A stretch of 64,000 bases of DNA from Candidatus Obscuribacteraceae bacterium (GCA_044229845.1 JBGASG010000010.1:32001-96000); one strand, 5' to 3'; positions 29,072 through 38,631 are shown, counted from the first letter of the stretch. Program-made: numbers and translations. The notes: generated by a model not told the origin, from the sequence alone.

Positions 29072-30281
29072 TCTGCCCCGCCACGTCGTTGTCTTGATTT
29101 TGCATGCGTATGTGCAGTCGGTCGCGCATCAAGCACAGCGCCCGATTGTCCGGCTCGAAGAGCAGCGCGTACTCGCAGGCTTGCAGGGCCTGCTGATAAT
29201 GCCCCAGGCGTGCTTCTTCGCGTGCGTACTCCATTTGGGCTTTGACATTGCGCGGCTGATCCTTGACCGCGGCAGTCAGTTCTTCCAGGACTCTTTTGCG
29301 ATCGCCCAGGCGCTGAAACACTCGCGCCAGTCCAATGTGCAAATCGCCGCCCCGATCACCGAAGTGGGCGGCGCGGCTGCCCTCTTCAATTTCACGGCGG
29401 CGCACCGCATCCGGCACCATCCTGTACAGGCGTGCCACAAGTTCCTGACGCTGCACATCTTCAGGTTTGATGGTCAGGTAGTAGAGAGATGTCTTGAACG
29501 CATCTTCCTTCATGCCCAGAGCCATATAGGTTCTGGTCAAATCGCCGGCCGCGCCGCGCTCGTAAGGACGGTTGAAGAACGCCTTCTGCAACGGACGTAA
29601 TGCTTCGGCATAACGGCGCAGGTGATAGAGACAACGCCCGGTAAGAGCTTGGAACTCGGGATCGCGCGGATCAATTGCGGCATCGGCTTCCGCATACCTC
29701 AGCGCTTCTGCATATTTCCCTTCGACCAGCAGTTGCCAGCCGCGTACTCCGTTGATGCCCTTCAGCCTCTGATGGTGCGCCACCGCTTGCAGGTACCAGG
29801 ACCAGCCATTTTCGACAGTCCCCCAGCGGGCTTTCAAAATCTCTTCCAGATTTTTGAGAGAGGGATCCTCCGGAAAGTTGGTGCTGATTTCCAGATACTG
29901 CTTCATTGCCAGTTCCAGATCGCCACTATTCATAGTGGCATGAAACTTCTCCAGACGGGCTTGCGCCGTGGCGACATCCAGGGCTTTAGCCGATCGATAG
30001 GTGTCGGTCGCCAGTTCGAACATGCCGGCGTTCTGCAAAGCCTGAGCGAGAACGAAACGAGCCCTGGCGCTTTGCGGCTGCTGGTCGACGAGTTGGCGGG
30101 CCTGATCTAATAACACGGGCGCAGGCTGTCCACCGCCCTTATCCAGCGTCTGCTCGAGCGCCTGCATTTCAACGTTTTTTTGCGCTTCCGCCTGAGCGCC
30201 CAAAGACGGCACAAATCCCAAGACCTGAATAAGCTGGAAAGCCAGGCAGACAGGCAGAACCGTTGCGACCTTGCGCGACAT
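29031..30281 (-). CDS. Secreted TPR protein with C-terminal DVAGQ motif
   Basis: Signal peptide, TPRs, RMQNQDNDVAGQIKNVL. Confidence 0.85.
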   Translation of the reverse strand: MSRKVATVLPVCLAFQLIQVLGFVPSLGAQAEAQKNVEMQALEQTLDKGGGQPAPVLLDQARQLVDQQPQSARARFVLAQALQNAGMFELATDTYRSAKALDVATAQARLEKFHATMNSGDLELAMKQYLEISTNFPEDPSLKNLEEILKARWGTVENGWSWYLQAVAHHQRLKGINGVRGWQLLVEGKYAEALRYAEADAAIDPRDPEFQALTGRCLYHLRRYAEALRPLQKAFFNRPYERGAAGDLTRTYMALGMKEDAFKTSLYYLTIKPEDVQRQELVARLYRMVPDAVRRREIEEGSRAAHFGDRGGDLHIGLARVFQRLGDRKRVLEELTAAVKDQPRNVKAQMEYAREEARLGHYQQALQACEYALLFEPDNRALCLMRDRLHIRMQNQDNDVAGQIKNVLRTGHRVFQ

Positions 30282-30285
30282 TTAC

Positions 30286-30837
30286 CTACCGGGTCTGCGT
30301 GGTGCCTGACCGATTCAGATTGCTGTTGACGTTTCTGGACGCATTCGCGTCGTCATCTTGAGGTCGGCAGAATTTGTAGGCGATGTTCAAGCGATAGCGA
30401 TAGCCGACCAAATTCATGTTGTCGACAAAAACGTTGACTACGTTGCCATCTTTAGGTCTCATCGCATAGAGGCTGTTGTCGGTTTTTGGGCCCATCTTCC
30501 AACCATATTGCTTGAGCACCATTTCGTACCAGGCAATCACCGACGGTGGCGGCTCGTTGATCGCATACTCAAGGTGAACGGACTTTTGATTGTTCCGTCC
30601 GACTTCCCCTGAGCGTGCATACATGAACTTGCCGCTTGTGAAGTTAGGCAGATTGGGCAGGTCAGGCGGTTGCTGCATACGGCTGTACACAGCTTTGGCG
30701 CTATTTTGCTGGAGGACCTGCGTACCTTTGTCGCGATTCCTGTATTTGTTAGCCTTCGGCTGCTGTTGCGCGGCGCAGGGCAAGGCCAGGGTGACCAGCG
30801 CGATTAGCGCCAAGCCTTCCCGAAATTTCGGACGCAT
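30286..30837 (-). CDS. Small secreted hypothetical protein (paralog of 15191..15685)
   Basis: Signal peptide, DLPNLP...GKFMYA...YA...VIAWYEMVL...W. Confidence 0.8.
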   Translation of the reverse strand: MRPKFREGLALIALVTLALPCAAQQQPKANKYRNRDKGTQVLQQNSAKAVYSRMQQPPDLPNLPNFTSGKFMYARSGEVGRNNQKSVHLEYAINEPPPSVIAWYEMVLKQYGWKMGPKTDNSLYAMRPKDGNVVNVFVDNMNLVGYRYRLNIAYKFCRPQDDDANASRNVNSNLNRSGTTQTR

Positions 30838-30863
30838 ACTTTATCGGTCCTCCGTGCTCTGTT

Positions 30864-33128
30864 TTAGTTGGGGCAGCTGAATTGCGGCGATTGACCGAGG
30901 CTACCACCATTTCTAAAACTTACCACACGGTTTTGCAGTTTTACTTCACCAAGGATATTTCTGTAGCCGCAGCTGGGGGTGATGAGCGCGAGGTCTTCGG
31001 CGCTGCATTCACCAGATTGGCACTGGAACATACGCTCGTGAATACCAGCTTCGTGTCTGGGGTTGATAACTTCCATGGTATTGCCTTCCATCGTGTCGTA
31101 CTGCTGATAGAAGCGCCACTGGTTGTTAGGTCCGCCAGGTGTGCCGTCTGGAGCTTGGTTGCGCCAGCTGACCGGAGTCTGGTTGTTCAGTTGGTGCCCG
31201 AGTCTCGGGGTCGGTCTGCCTTGCGGATCGAGCGTGGTGTAGTCAACATAGAGGAAGTACGGCGTGTCGGAGAGCGGCAAGACGTTTTCGGCGACGTGGT
31301 GAGAGCTGCGACCGTTGCTATTGATCGGCCAACCAACGGCGTCATCGATTTTGTCAGGATCGACGGTCGGGCACATCTGGAACATGCGTTGACGTACAAA
31401 GTCGCGCATCTTGGAAGCGGCAGTATTGCCGTTGCTGCTGTAGGCGCCACTATTGCGTTCTTGAACTGTCGATGCAGCTTGATAAACCAGCTCGCAAAGC
31501 GTGCCGTCTTCGCTGATCTGACATCGTTGCAGGCTGCTGTTCTGTCTCCACGGACGTCCGACACCAGGCTCCAGCGGTTTCCACAGGCGCATGCCGGTGA
31601 CTGCAGGAATGGAGGTGTCGATGCCGCCCGGTGTGTTGAACTGGTCGACGACACGACATTTCACTTGCTCTAGCGCCATCAGGTTGTCTGACGGTCCGGC
31701 TGGTGTGGTGTACGGTCCGTCGCCCGAGAATGCTCTATCAAGAGCACCACTATCGAGCAAGTTACGGCAGGCCGGATCTTCGGATGGGAAGCCCTGACCT
31801 TGGATAGGTTGGTAGGTATTGCGGTCTGTGCATACGTTCGATGGAGCGCCGTTCGTGAGGCGAATGCCTTGCGCATCATTGATTGTGGCTGGGTTGCCGG
31901 AGGTCGTGTAGAGGTCGGTCAGTGGCGGCTGTTGCACGGCTGTCTGGTTAGGGTCGGCAGCCATCGCCCGGTTGTATCGATCCCAGTCTTCCAGAAGACC
32001 GTCTGTGGAAGTCATGCAACCGCCACCGACTTTGACACCGATCGAGGGATCCAGTTCATCATCGAACAGGTTCCACGCGGCCGGGTTGGTGGGATTTGCG
32101 CCAGCACCCAGTCCGGCCGGGTTGAGAATACGGATGTAGCCGTCCGGAATCGCCGGCACGTACTCTTTGGCCGGAGTGGCCCCATTGTTGCCGCCGGCTG
32201 CATCTACAATGCCGACAAGTGCGCAAGCAATGGTATTGAGATTGGTGACGCTCTTCTCTTCAGTGGTTGCAGCAGCGCTGCGGAACGCATTGGGAGGTAT
32301 GCGCACACCGTTGACCGGTATGTTGCGCGCCGCATCAAAGTCGGCTTGCGAAGCCAGACGGGGCTGGTGGCGGGGTTGGACCGGTACGCCGACCACCGGC
32401 ATGTTGATACCGGTGACGTTCATGGCGGAGTAGCCGCGAATATATGTCTGTTGAGTGCGTTGGTCTGTGGTCAGCCAGCCGGCCGGCAACTGGAATCTGG
32501 CGCCGCTCGCCATCACCGGCATTTGACTGCGGTCGGCAGGTGTGGTCACAGGTGAGCGCAAGTTAGTCGCACCAACATCGGTGCCTGCGCGTTGTTCCAT
32601 GTAGGCAGCTGTGACACCGCGCTGGGCGAGGTTGTTGCGGCCGAGCATGCGAGTGGAGTTCTGTCCTGCCAGGTTGGAGAAAAAGCCAGTCAATTGACCG
32701 CCGCCGTTGTTGCCGGCACCCAGATTGGCAGCCAGGTTTTCGCCGATACCATCGTTGCCTTGCAGACGCTGCAGCAATGTGTTGGCGTTGTCGATACCCT
32801 GTTGGTTGCCGTCTGCGGAGGCGTTAATGGCGACCAGAAGCGAACGACCGACCAGGCGGTTGTAGCACTCCAGATCGACGTAGCCGGTGTCCGCGTCGAC
32901 GAGACTCAAAAAGTTTTCGTCATCGGAGCTGCCGCGCAAGCCAAACCCAGGGCTCTTGATCGCTTGTTTGGCGACGTTCAACCCGCCGGAGTCGGTGGCG
33001 TGTTGAGCTTCCCGCGCTCCGCCAAGAATCTTGGCCAACAGGAAGAAACAAGCTCCTATCAAGATCAAGACAAAGGTGCTTATTGCAACCAGGGAAAGAG
33101 TGCCACCACTCTGGTTTCGTAGCGCCAT
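30864..33128 (-). CDS. Large TadG-like pseudopilin / putative pilus-tip adhesin
   Basis: RNQSG|GTLSLVAISTFVLILIG, EAQHATDSGGLNVAKQAI. Paralog of 15679..17736. ATG 33128 with GGAGG upstream. Confidence 0.75.
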   Translation of the reverse strand: MALRNQSGGTLSLVAISTFVLILIGACFFLLAKILGGAREAQHATDSGGLNVAKQAIKSPGFGLRGSSDDENFLSLVDADTGYVDLECYNRLVGRSLLVAINASADGNQQGIDNANTLLQRLQGNDGIGENLAANLGAGNNGGGQLTGFFSNLAGQNSTRMLGRNNLAQRGVTAAYMEQRAGTDVGATNLRSPVTTPADRSQMPVMASGARFQLPAGWLTTDQRTQQTYIRGYSAMNVTGINMPVVGVPVQPRHQPRLASQADFDAARNIPVNGVRIPPNAFRSAAATTEEKSVTNLNTIACALVGIVDAAGGNNGATPAKEYVPAIPDGYIRILNPAGLGAGANPTNPAAWNLFDDELDPSIGVKVGGGCMTSTDGLLEDWDRYNRAMAADPNQTAVQQPPLTDLYTTSGNPATINDAQGIRLTNGAPSNVCTDRNTYQPIQGQGFPSEDPACRNLLDSGALDRAFSGDGPYTTPAGPSDNLMALEQVKCRVVDQFNTPGGIDTSIPAVTGMRLWKPLEPGVGRPWRQNSSLQRCQISEDGTLCELVYQAASTVQERNSGAYSSNGNTAASKMRDFVRQRMFQMCPTVDPDKIDDAVGWPINSNGRSSHHVAENVLPLSDTPYFLYVDYTTLDPQGRPTPRLGHQLNNQTPVSWRNQAPDGTPGGPNNQWRFYQQYDTMEGNTMEVINPRHEAGIHERMFQCQSGECSAEDLALITPSCGYRNILGEVKLQNRVVSFRNGGSLGQSPQFSCPN

Positions 33129-33396
33129 TTTCGGCTGCCTCCGTAAGGGACGGTCTCGAGAGTCCACTAACTCTATAACTGCGAACTTAGTAAGGAGAGG
33201 GCAAATATGCCGCACTGCAGTGCTTGGACTTCATTAAAGAGGGCTAAGCATTAACGCGGATTAAGTTAATTCTCCTTCATAATTGCCCCGTTGTCAATCG
33301 CCTTTAAGTGGCGTCGACCTGGGAAAGCCAGGGAAATCCCAAGCCTGTCTGCACTTTCTAAGAGACCTTATACCCAATCCCAGCCGGTTTTTTCGC

Positions 33397-34926
33397 TTAA
33401 ACCGCAGCGTTTTCCGGCTTCGGCGCGGATGAGGTCGCCAACTTGCTGTGTTTTCGGCTGTATAGGAAATAAATCACCAGCCCCACAGGACAGGTAATTG
33501 CATAGACCTTCAGAACCAGCGGATTTAAGAAACAGGCCAGCGCTATGCAACCCACAGCCCCCATCAGTCCAACCAAAGGGTTGACCAACTTCAGTCGGAT
33601 GGCACCGCCGCAAACAAACACGAATGCAACCAGGGTTCCTAAGACCATCATCTCAGTGACGCTCTCAAACGGGACGAAGCCAGCGAAAGTGGCGACCAGC
33701 ACCCCATTGAGCAGCAAGCCGAATATTGGATTACCGTTCTTCGAACGGGCAAAGATTCCGGGCAACAACCCGTCTTCCGCCATATTGCGGAAGATGCGCG
33801 GGCCTCCCATCGAAAGCACCAATAAAACATTGAAGATGCCAACTACAGCGCCGACGGCTATAGCGGTGCCGGCCCACTTCTCGCCTGAATTCATCAGTAG
33901 TGTAGCCAGGGGAGCCGAAGCCTCGTTGCCTTTGAAATCAGGGTTGACGGGTCCCGGCCACGGCTCTGGTGCCGCGGCTGCCGCCGGGGTCGATTCAGGG
34001 GCCGAGCCGGCTGATGGCAGCACAGTGTCAGCGGCCGGCGGCGGCGCGATGATCGGCGGCGGCGTTTTCAAAGCCTGCGGAAACACCGGCTCTATGCCCG
34101 TCGCAATCGCCATCACGGCAACGTAGAGAAATGCCACCATGCCTATACATAGATAAGTTGAAACCCGAGTGTCGCGCAAACTCTTCGATTCGCGCGCAAA
34201 CGTGTAGAGTGCATCGAAACCGACGTACGGAAAGACCGCGATGGCAGCTCCGGCCATTACGCCTTGCCAGCCGCGCGGCATGAAGGGTTGCCAGTTCTCC
34301 GGATGAATGTGCTGGATGCCGGCGATCATAAATATGGCCAACAAAGTAGTTTTCAGCACCACCAGCAGGAAATTCAATTTGGCAGATTTGGTGACACCGC
34401 CGAAAATCAAAATGCAGGTGACCGCAATCACCGCTAGTATGGCGACGACGTTGACACCGAAAACGAAGTGACCGGCCTTGTCAAAAGTGGGTCCCATCAA
34501 TACTGAAGGCAACGTGTAGTTGCAGGCCTTCTTCAAGTACTGACTCCAGCCGATGGCCACCGCAGAGGCGCCGAAACTGTATTCCAGAAACAGTCCAAAC
34601 GCGACGATCCAGGCAAACAGCTCGCCGATCGAGTGATAGACATAGCTATATGCAGAGACGCCGTGCGGAACTTTGGCGGCGAACTTCTCATAGCAGATGC
34701 CCACGAACAGGAAGACAAAACCGGTAATCACGAACGAGAGAATTCCGGCCGGACCGGCTTTCTCAGCGATGGTGCCGGGCATGACGAAGATGCCAGCACC
34801 GATGGTGGCACCAATACCCAGACCGGTGAGCATCAACCAGCCCAGATGCTTCGGCGTGTCCTTGTCGTGATAATCGGCGGGAACATCGGGCGTGCGCCGC
34901 AAAAGCGATGTCAATACATCTGACAT
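33397..34926 (-). CDS. APC family amino acid permease
   Basis: LGIGATIGAGIFV, AGPA, SAYSY, YVGFDA, PRIF, many TM helices. Pro-rich loop insertion. Confidence 0.92.
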   Translation of the reverse strand: MSDVLTSLLRRTPDVPADYHDKDTPKHLGWLMLTGLGIGATIGAGIFVMPGTIAEKAGPAGILSFVITGFVFLFVGICYEKFAAKVPHGVSAYSYVYHSIGELFAWIVAFGLFLEYSFGASAVAIGWSQYLKKACNYTLPSVLMGPTFDKAGHFVFGVNVVAILAVIAVTCILIFGGVTKSAKLNFLLVVLKTTLLAIFMIAGIQHIHPENWQPFMPRGWQGVMAGAAIAVFPYVGFDALYTFARESKSLRDTRVSTYLCIGMVAFLYVAVMAIATGIEPVFPQALKTPPPIIAPPPAADTVLPSAGSAPESTPAAAAAPEPWPGPVNPDFKGNEASAPLATLLMNSGEKWAGTAIAVGAVVGIFNVLLVLSMGGPRIFRNMAEDGLLPGIFARSKNGNPIFGLLLNGVLVATFAGFVPFESVTEMMVLGTLVAFVFVCGGAIRLKLVNPLVGLMGAVGCIALACFLNPLVLKVYAITCPVGLVIYFLYSRKHSKLATSSAPKPENAAV

Positions 34927-35076
34927 AAGCTGAATCTTGTAAATAAGAGAGAACTGTAAAACCTGGCTATGCTAGCATAGCCATTCAAATTCCAGGCGAT
35001 AGGAAATTCAGCTGGACCGCGCGAAGCGGTCCTTCCTCAAGAGCTTCGAGCCGGAGTCGGACTTCAAGGAGTTGAT

Positions 35077-36321
35077 ATGAAGATTCAGAAAGCAGCGGTC
35101 ATTGGTGCGGGAACCATGGGCGCAGGCATCGCACAGGTGCTCAGCCAGGCGGGCATCGAAGTCATACTCAAAGACATCGCGCAAGACATGCTTGACCGCG
35201 GGCTGGCAAACATTCGCCGCATGTACGATTCGCGAGTCAAGAAAGAGATTCTCACTCAAGCCGAAGCCGATTTCTTGATCGCTAACGTCAAGCTCAGCAC
35301 CACATACGATGGCTTCAAAGATGTTGATCTGGTGATCGAAGCCGCGCTGGAAACCATTGACCTGAAGCTGAAGATTTTTCAAGACCTGGACGCCAACTGC
35401 TCGCCGAACGCCATTCTCGCAACCAACACCTCGGCGCTTTCTATCTCCGAAATCGCTGCCGGCACCAAGCGCCCCGAGCGCGTTCTCGGTATGCATTTTT
35501 TCAATCCGGCACAGACCATGAAACTGGTGGAAGTAATTCCTGGTCTGCGCACCAAGAAGACAATTGTCGAGCAGATGTTGGCGCTCTGCCGGGATCTGCA
35601 TAAAATACCGGTGAAAGTCGAGGAATGCCCCGGCTTCCTGGTCAATCGCGTTCTCTTCCCTTATCTCAACGAAGCCTGCCATGTCCTGGAAGAAGGACTG
35701 GCAACTCCTGAGGAAATCGACAAAGCGGCAGTTGAGTTCGGTCTGCCGATGGGGCCATTCACATTGTTCGATATGACCGGGTTGGACGTCTGTCTGCATG
35801 TGCAGAATTTTCTATACGGCGAATACGGCGAGCGTTTCAAACCCGCCGCCATCCTCAAATTGCTGGTCGACAAAGGACACCTGGGACAAAAGTCCGGCGC
35901 CGGTTTCTTCAAGCACGAAAAAGGCCAGGTGCCCAAGAAAGACGAACCGAAACAATTCAACCCCGACCTGAAAGCGCTGCTGGAGAAAGCCCAGAAAGAA
36001 CGCAACCAGGCATCAGGCTCGCGTCCCTTCGACGCACACCGCATCATCCTGCCGATGTTCAATGAAGCCGTTTACGCAGTCCAGGAAGGCGTCGTCGACC
36101 ACAAAGATGTAGATGTAGCGATGGAACACGGCACCGGTCTCAAGCGCGGACTTTTAAGCTTGTCCGAAGAGAAGGGAATGCAGTGGTGCGTGGAAGAGAT
36201 GGATCAGTACGAAAAGGTCTATGGGTCGCGTTTTTGTCCGGCGTGGCTGATGCGCAAACTGGTGCGAGCACGCATCCACGATTTCTCAGTTCTCGAGCAG
36301 ACACCCGTAGGCGTGGGCTAA
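35077..36321 (+). CDS. 3-hydroxyacyl-CoA dehydrogenase
   Basis: IGAGTMGAGIA, ATNTSAL, GMHFFNPA, PGFLVNR, PMGPF. Second C-terminal dimerisation-like domain. Confidence 0.93.
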   Translation: MKIQKAAVIGAGTMGAGIAQVLSQAGIEVILKDIAQDMLDRGLANIRRMYDSRVKKEILTQAEADFLIANVKLSTTYDGFKDVDLVIEAALETIDLKLKIFQDLDANCSPNAILATNTSALSISEIAAGTKRPERVLGMHFFNPAQTMKLVEVIPGLRTKKTIVEQMLALCRDLHKIPVKVEECPGFLVNRVLFPYLNEACHVLEEGLATPEEIDKAAVEFGLPMGPFTLFDMTGLDVCLHVQNFLYGEYGERFKPAAILKLLVDKGHLGQKSGAGFFKHEKGQVPKKDEPKQFNPDLKALLEKAQKERNQASGSRPFDAHRIILPMFNEAVYAVQEGVVDHKDVDVAMEHGTGLKRGLLSLSEEKGMQWCVEEMDQYEKVYGSRFCPAWLMRKLVRARIHDFSVLEQTPVGVG

Positions 36322-36366
36322 CGCTGGAACCAGGCTGCCAGAACCAAAGAAGGAAGATGAAAGACC

Positions 36367-37566
36367 ATGATTAAGTGGGTCATGACATTTTTACTGATCT
36401 GGTTTATCTACAGCGTCAGAAGCATTTTTCCACCGATTATCGTGGGCGCGATCATCGCCTACTTGCTGCTGCCAATCGTGCAGAAACTTTCGCGCACAGC
36501 CAAGATTCCCGTCGGTCTGTCCACAGCCATCGTCTATATCAGCTTCGGTCTGGTGATTGGCGGTGCCATCTGGTTTTTGGGACCTGGAATTGTGCGAGAA
36601 CTGAGCGAGCTGGTGGAGAACCGCCGGGAGATAGTATCAAACTCGGTATCACAGTTCGCCCGGCTCACCAACTGGGGTCTGGACGTCGACACGACTACTC
36701 AACACATTCTCGGCAGCGTCACTGAGTCGATCGCCAAGCCCGCGGAGATCGCCCACTGGGGACACGTGCTCGGGCACGGGGCCCTCTCGATTTTGGTTTG
36801 CGTCGTCACGTCCATCTACTTGACTCTGGACAGCGACAAGGTCGGGCAGTTCTTGCTGCGCTATGTTCCGGAAGATCGACGTCAGCCGGTAATCGACCTG
36901 GCGGCGCAGATGAACCGCATCCTCAGCCGCTATATGCAAGGGCAGCTGGTTTTGATCTGCATCATGTCCTCGGTGGCCTGGATTTTCCTGCACTTCGTGA
37001 TCCACATGAAATACGCCCTGCCGGTGGCACTGCTCAGCGGATTTCTGGAGATTATTCCAGTGCTCGGTCCGATTCTCGCTACATCCACCGCGGCCATCGT
37101 CGGCATGTCGCAGTTCGGTCCCAAAGTCGCCCTTGGCATCATCGTCTTCTATACACTGGCCCGCTGGTTCGAAGACTACGTGATTGTGCCGAAAGTGATC
37201 GGACATGCGGTCGAGATGCATGCTTTGGCCGTCATTTTTGCCGTGCTTTGCGGCGAAGTGCTGGCGGGCGGACTGGGCATGTTGATTGCCATTCCGGTCG
37301 CCGCCTGCATCAAGCTGGCTTTCGACTTTTTCTATCTGGGCAAAGTTCCCGAATCGTCGCACGACAACGGCAAGCACGACGGTCAAGCTCACTCGCGCAG
37401 CGATGCCGCCAGTGTCAAGAAAAAAGAAATGCACGAGGCGTCCGCCGAGATCAAAGAGGCGACGCAAGAAGCCGTCGCTGATGCCGTCGGCACCGAAGCC
37501 GTGAAGACCGAAGACGTGAAGGCAGGCGCTCCACAAACCGAGTCTCTCAAAACGGACGCCGTCTGA
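36367..37566 (+). CDS. AI-2E family transporter
   Basis: IAYLLLPIV, YMQGQL, EIIPVLGP, EDYVIVPKVIG, GMLIAIPVAA. Confidence 0.92.
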   Translation: MIKWVMTFLLIWFIYSVRSIFPPIIVGAIIAYLLLPIVQKLSRTAKIPVGLSTAIVYISFGLVIGGAIWFLGPGIVRELSELVENRREIVSNSVSQFARLTNWGLDVDTTTQHILGSVTESIAKPAEIAHWGHVLGHGALSILVCVVTSIYLTLDSDKVGQFLLRYVPEDRRQPVIDLAAQMNRILSRYMQGQLVLICIMSSVAWIFLHFVIHMKYALPVALLSGFLEIIPVLGPILATSTAAIVGMSQFGPKVALGIIVFYTLARWFEDYVIVPKVIGHAVEMHALAVIFAVLCGEVLAGGLGMLIAIPVAACIKLAFDFFYLGKVPESSHDNGKHDGQAHSRSDAASVKKKEMHEASAEIKEATQEAVADAVGTEAVKTEDVKAGAPQTESLKTDAV

Positions 37567-37581
37567 ATTTGCTGCGCGAAC

Positions 37582-38631
37582 TCAGTGTCCCTGCATCGAG
37601 AAAACCAGCCAGGCGACCACGGAGACATAACCGATGGCGCCGCAAAGCATATAGCGCGCCGAAAGCCTCTGCCGATCTAGCAAGGCCAGATAGAAAAAAG
37701 CCGCGCCGATCGCGACGATGCCACTAATAGTAGTGCCGAGACTGAGGTCCCACTCGGTGAAAACTATCCCGAAAGCGGCCGGCCAGCAGCTTTGAAAAAC
37801 CAGCGCGCCGGTGATATTGCCCAGCGCCAGCGTGTCTTTGCCCTTGCGCGCCCAGAGAATACTGTTGACTTTCTCGGGCAGCTCAGTGGCAACCGGCGCC
37901 ACGATCAGCGAGAGAATCATTGGAGGCACCGCCAGGAAGGCACTCAGGGCGCGCACATGATCGACGAACAGAATTGCACCGCCAACAATACCAGCCAGTC
38001 CAATCAGCACTTGAACGACAATCACCGCAACATTAGTGCCGGTTTTGAGCAGCCTGTTGAGATGCAGGTGTTCGGGGGCTTCGCCTACTTCGCCTTCATG
38101 AGCAAACGTCTTGCGCAGGTAGAGAAAATACATGCCGACCATGAGCGCCGCCACCATCCAGCGCACCAGTTTGAAATCCGGGCGATCAAAAATAGGGAAC
38201 GCGCAAACCAGCGCCATGGCGTAACCCATGATGAAGAAGCTCAGATCGCGCTTGAGCACAACTTCATTGATGGCGAGCGACTCGGAGCGCAGCCCCCGCC
38301 TGGCACACCAGAGGATGGCAAAACCGCACAATCCCATGGTCAGCGTGGTCAACATAAAGGGAGCGCCGGCGATCGCGCCGATGCCGACTGAGTGCGCCGC
38401 GTGCACGGCCATCGAATCGCCGCCCGCAAAGCAAAGCACCGATACGACGGGAATCAAAGTTTCGGGCAGGGCCGTGCCGACCGCAGCCAGAACACTGCCA
38501 ACCACGCCCTCGCTCAAGTGCAGTTTCTGCCCCAACCATTCGACGCCGTTAGTAAACAGCTCGGCTGAACCGAGAATAATCAGGAGGGCACCGAAAAGTA
38601 CCAGTCCATCTATTGCTGGATGAGGCGCCAT
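37582..38631 (-). CDS. Sodium:calcium antiporter (CaCA/YrbG family)
   Basis: Alpha repeats AVGTALPE and PVATELPE, ALGNITG. Confidence 0.9.
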   Translation of the reverse strand: MAPHPAIDGLVLFGALLIILGSAELFTNGVEWLGQKLHLSEGVVGSVLAAVGTALPETLIPVVSVLCFAGGDSMAVHAAHSVGIGAIAGAPFMLTTLTMGLCGFAILWCARRGLRSESLAINEVVLKRDLSFFIMGYAMALVCAFPIFDRPDFKLVRWMVAALMVGMYFLYLRKTFAHEGEVGEAPEHLHLNRLLKTGTNVAVIVVQVLIGLAGIVGGAILFVDHVRALSAFLAVPPMILSLIVAPVATELPEKVNSILWARKGKDTLALGNITGALVFQSCWPAAFGIVFTEWDLSLGTTISGIVAIGAAFFYLALLDRQRLSARYMLCGAIGYVSVVAWLVFSMQGH

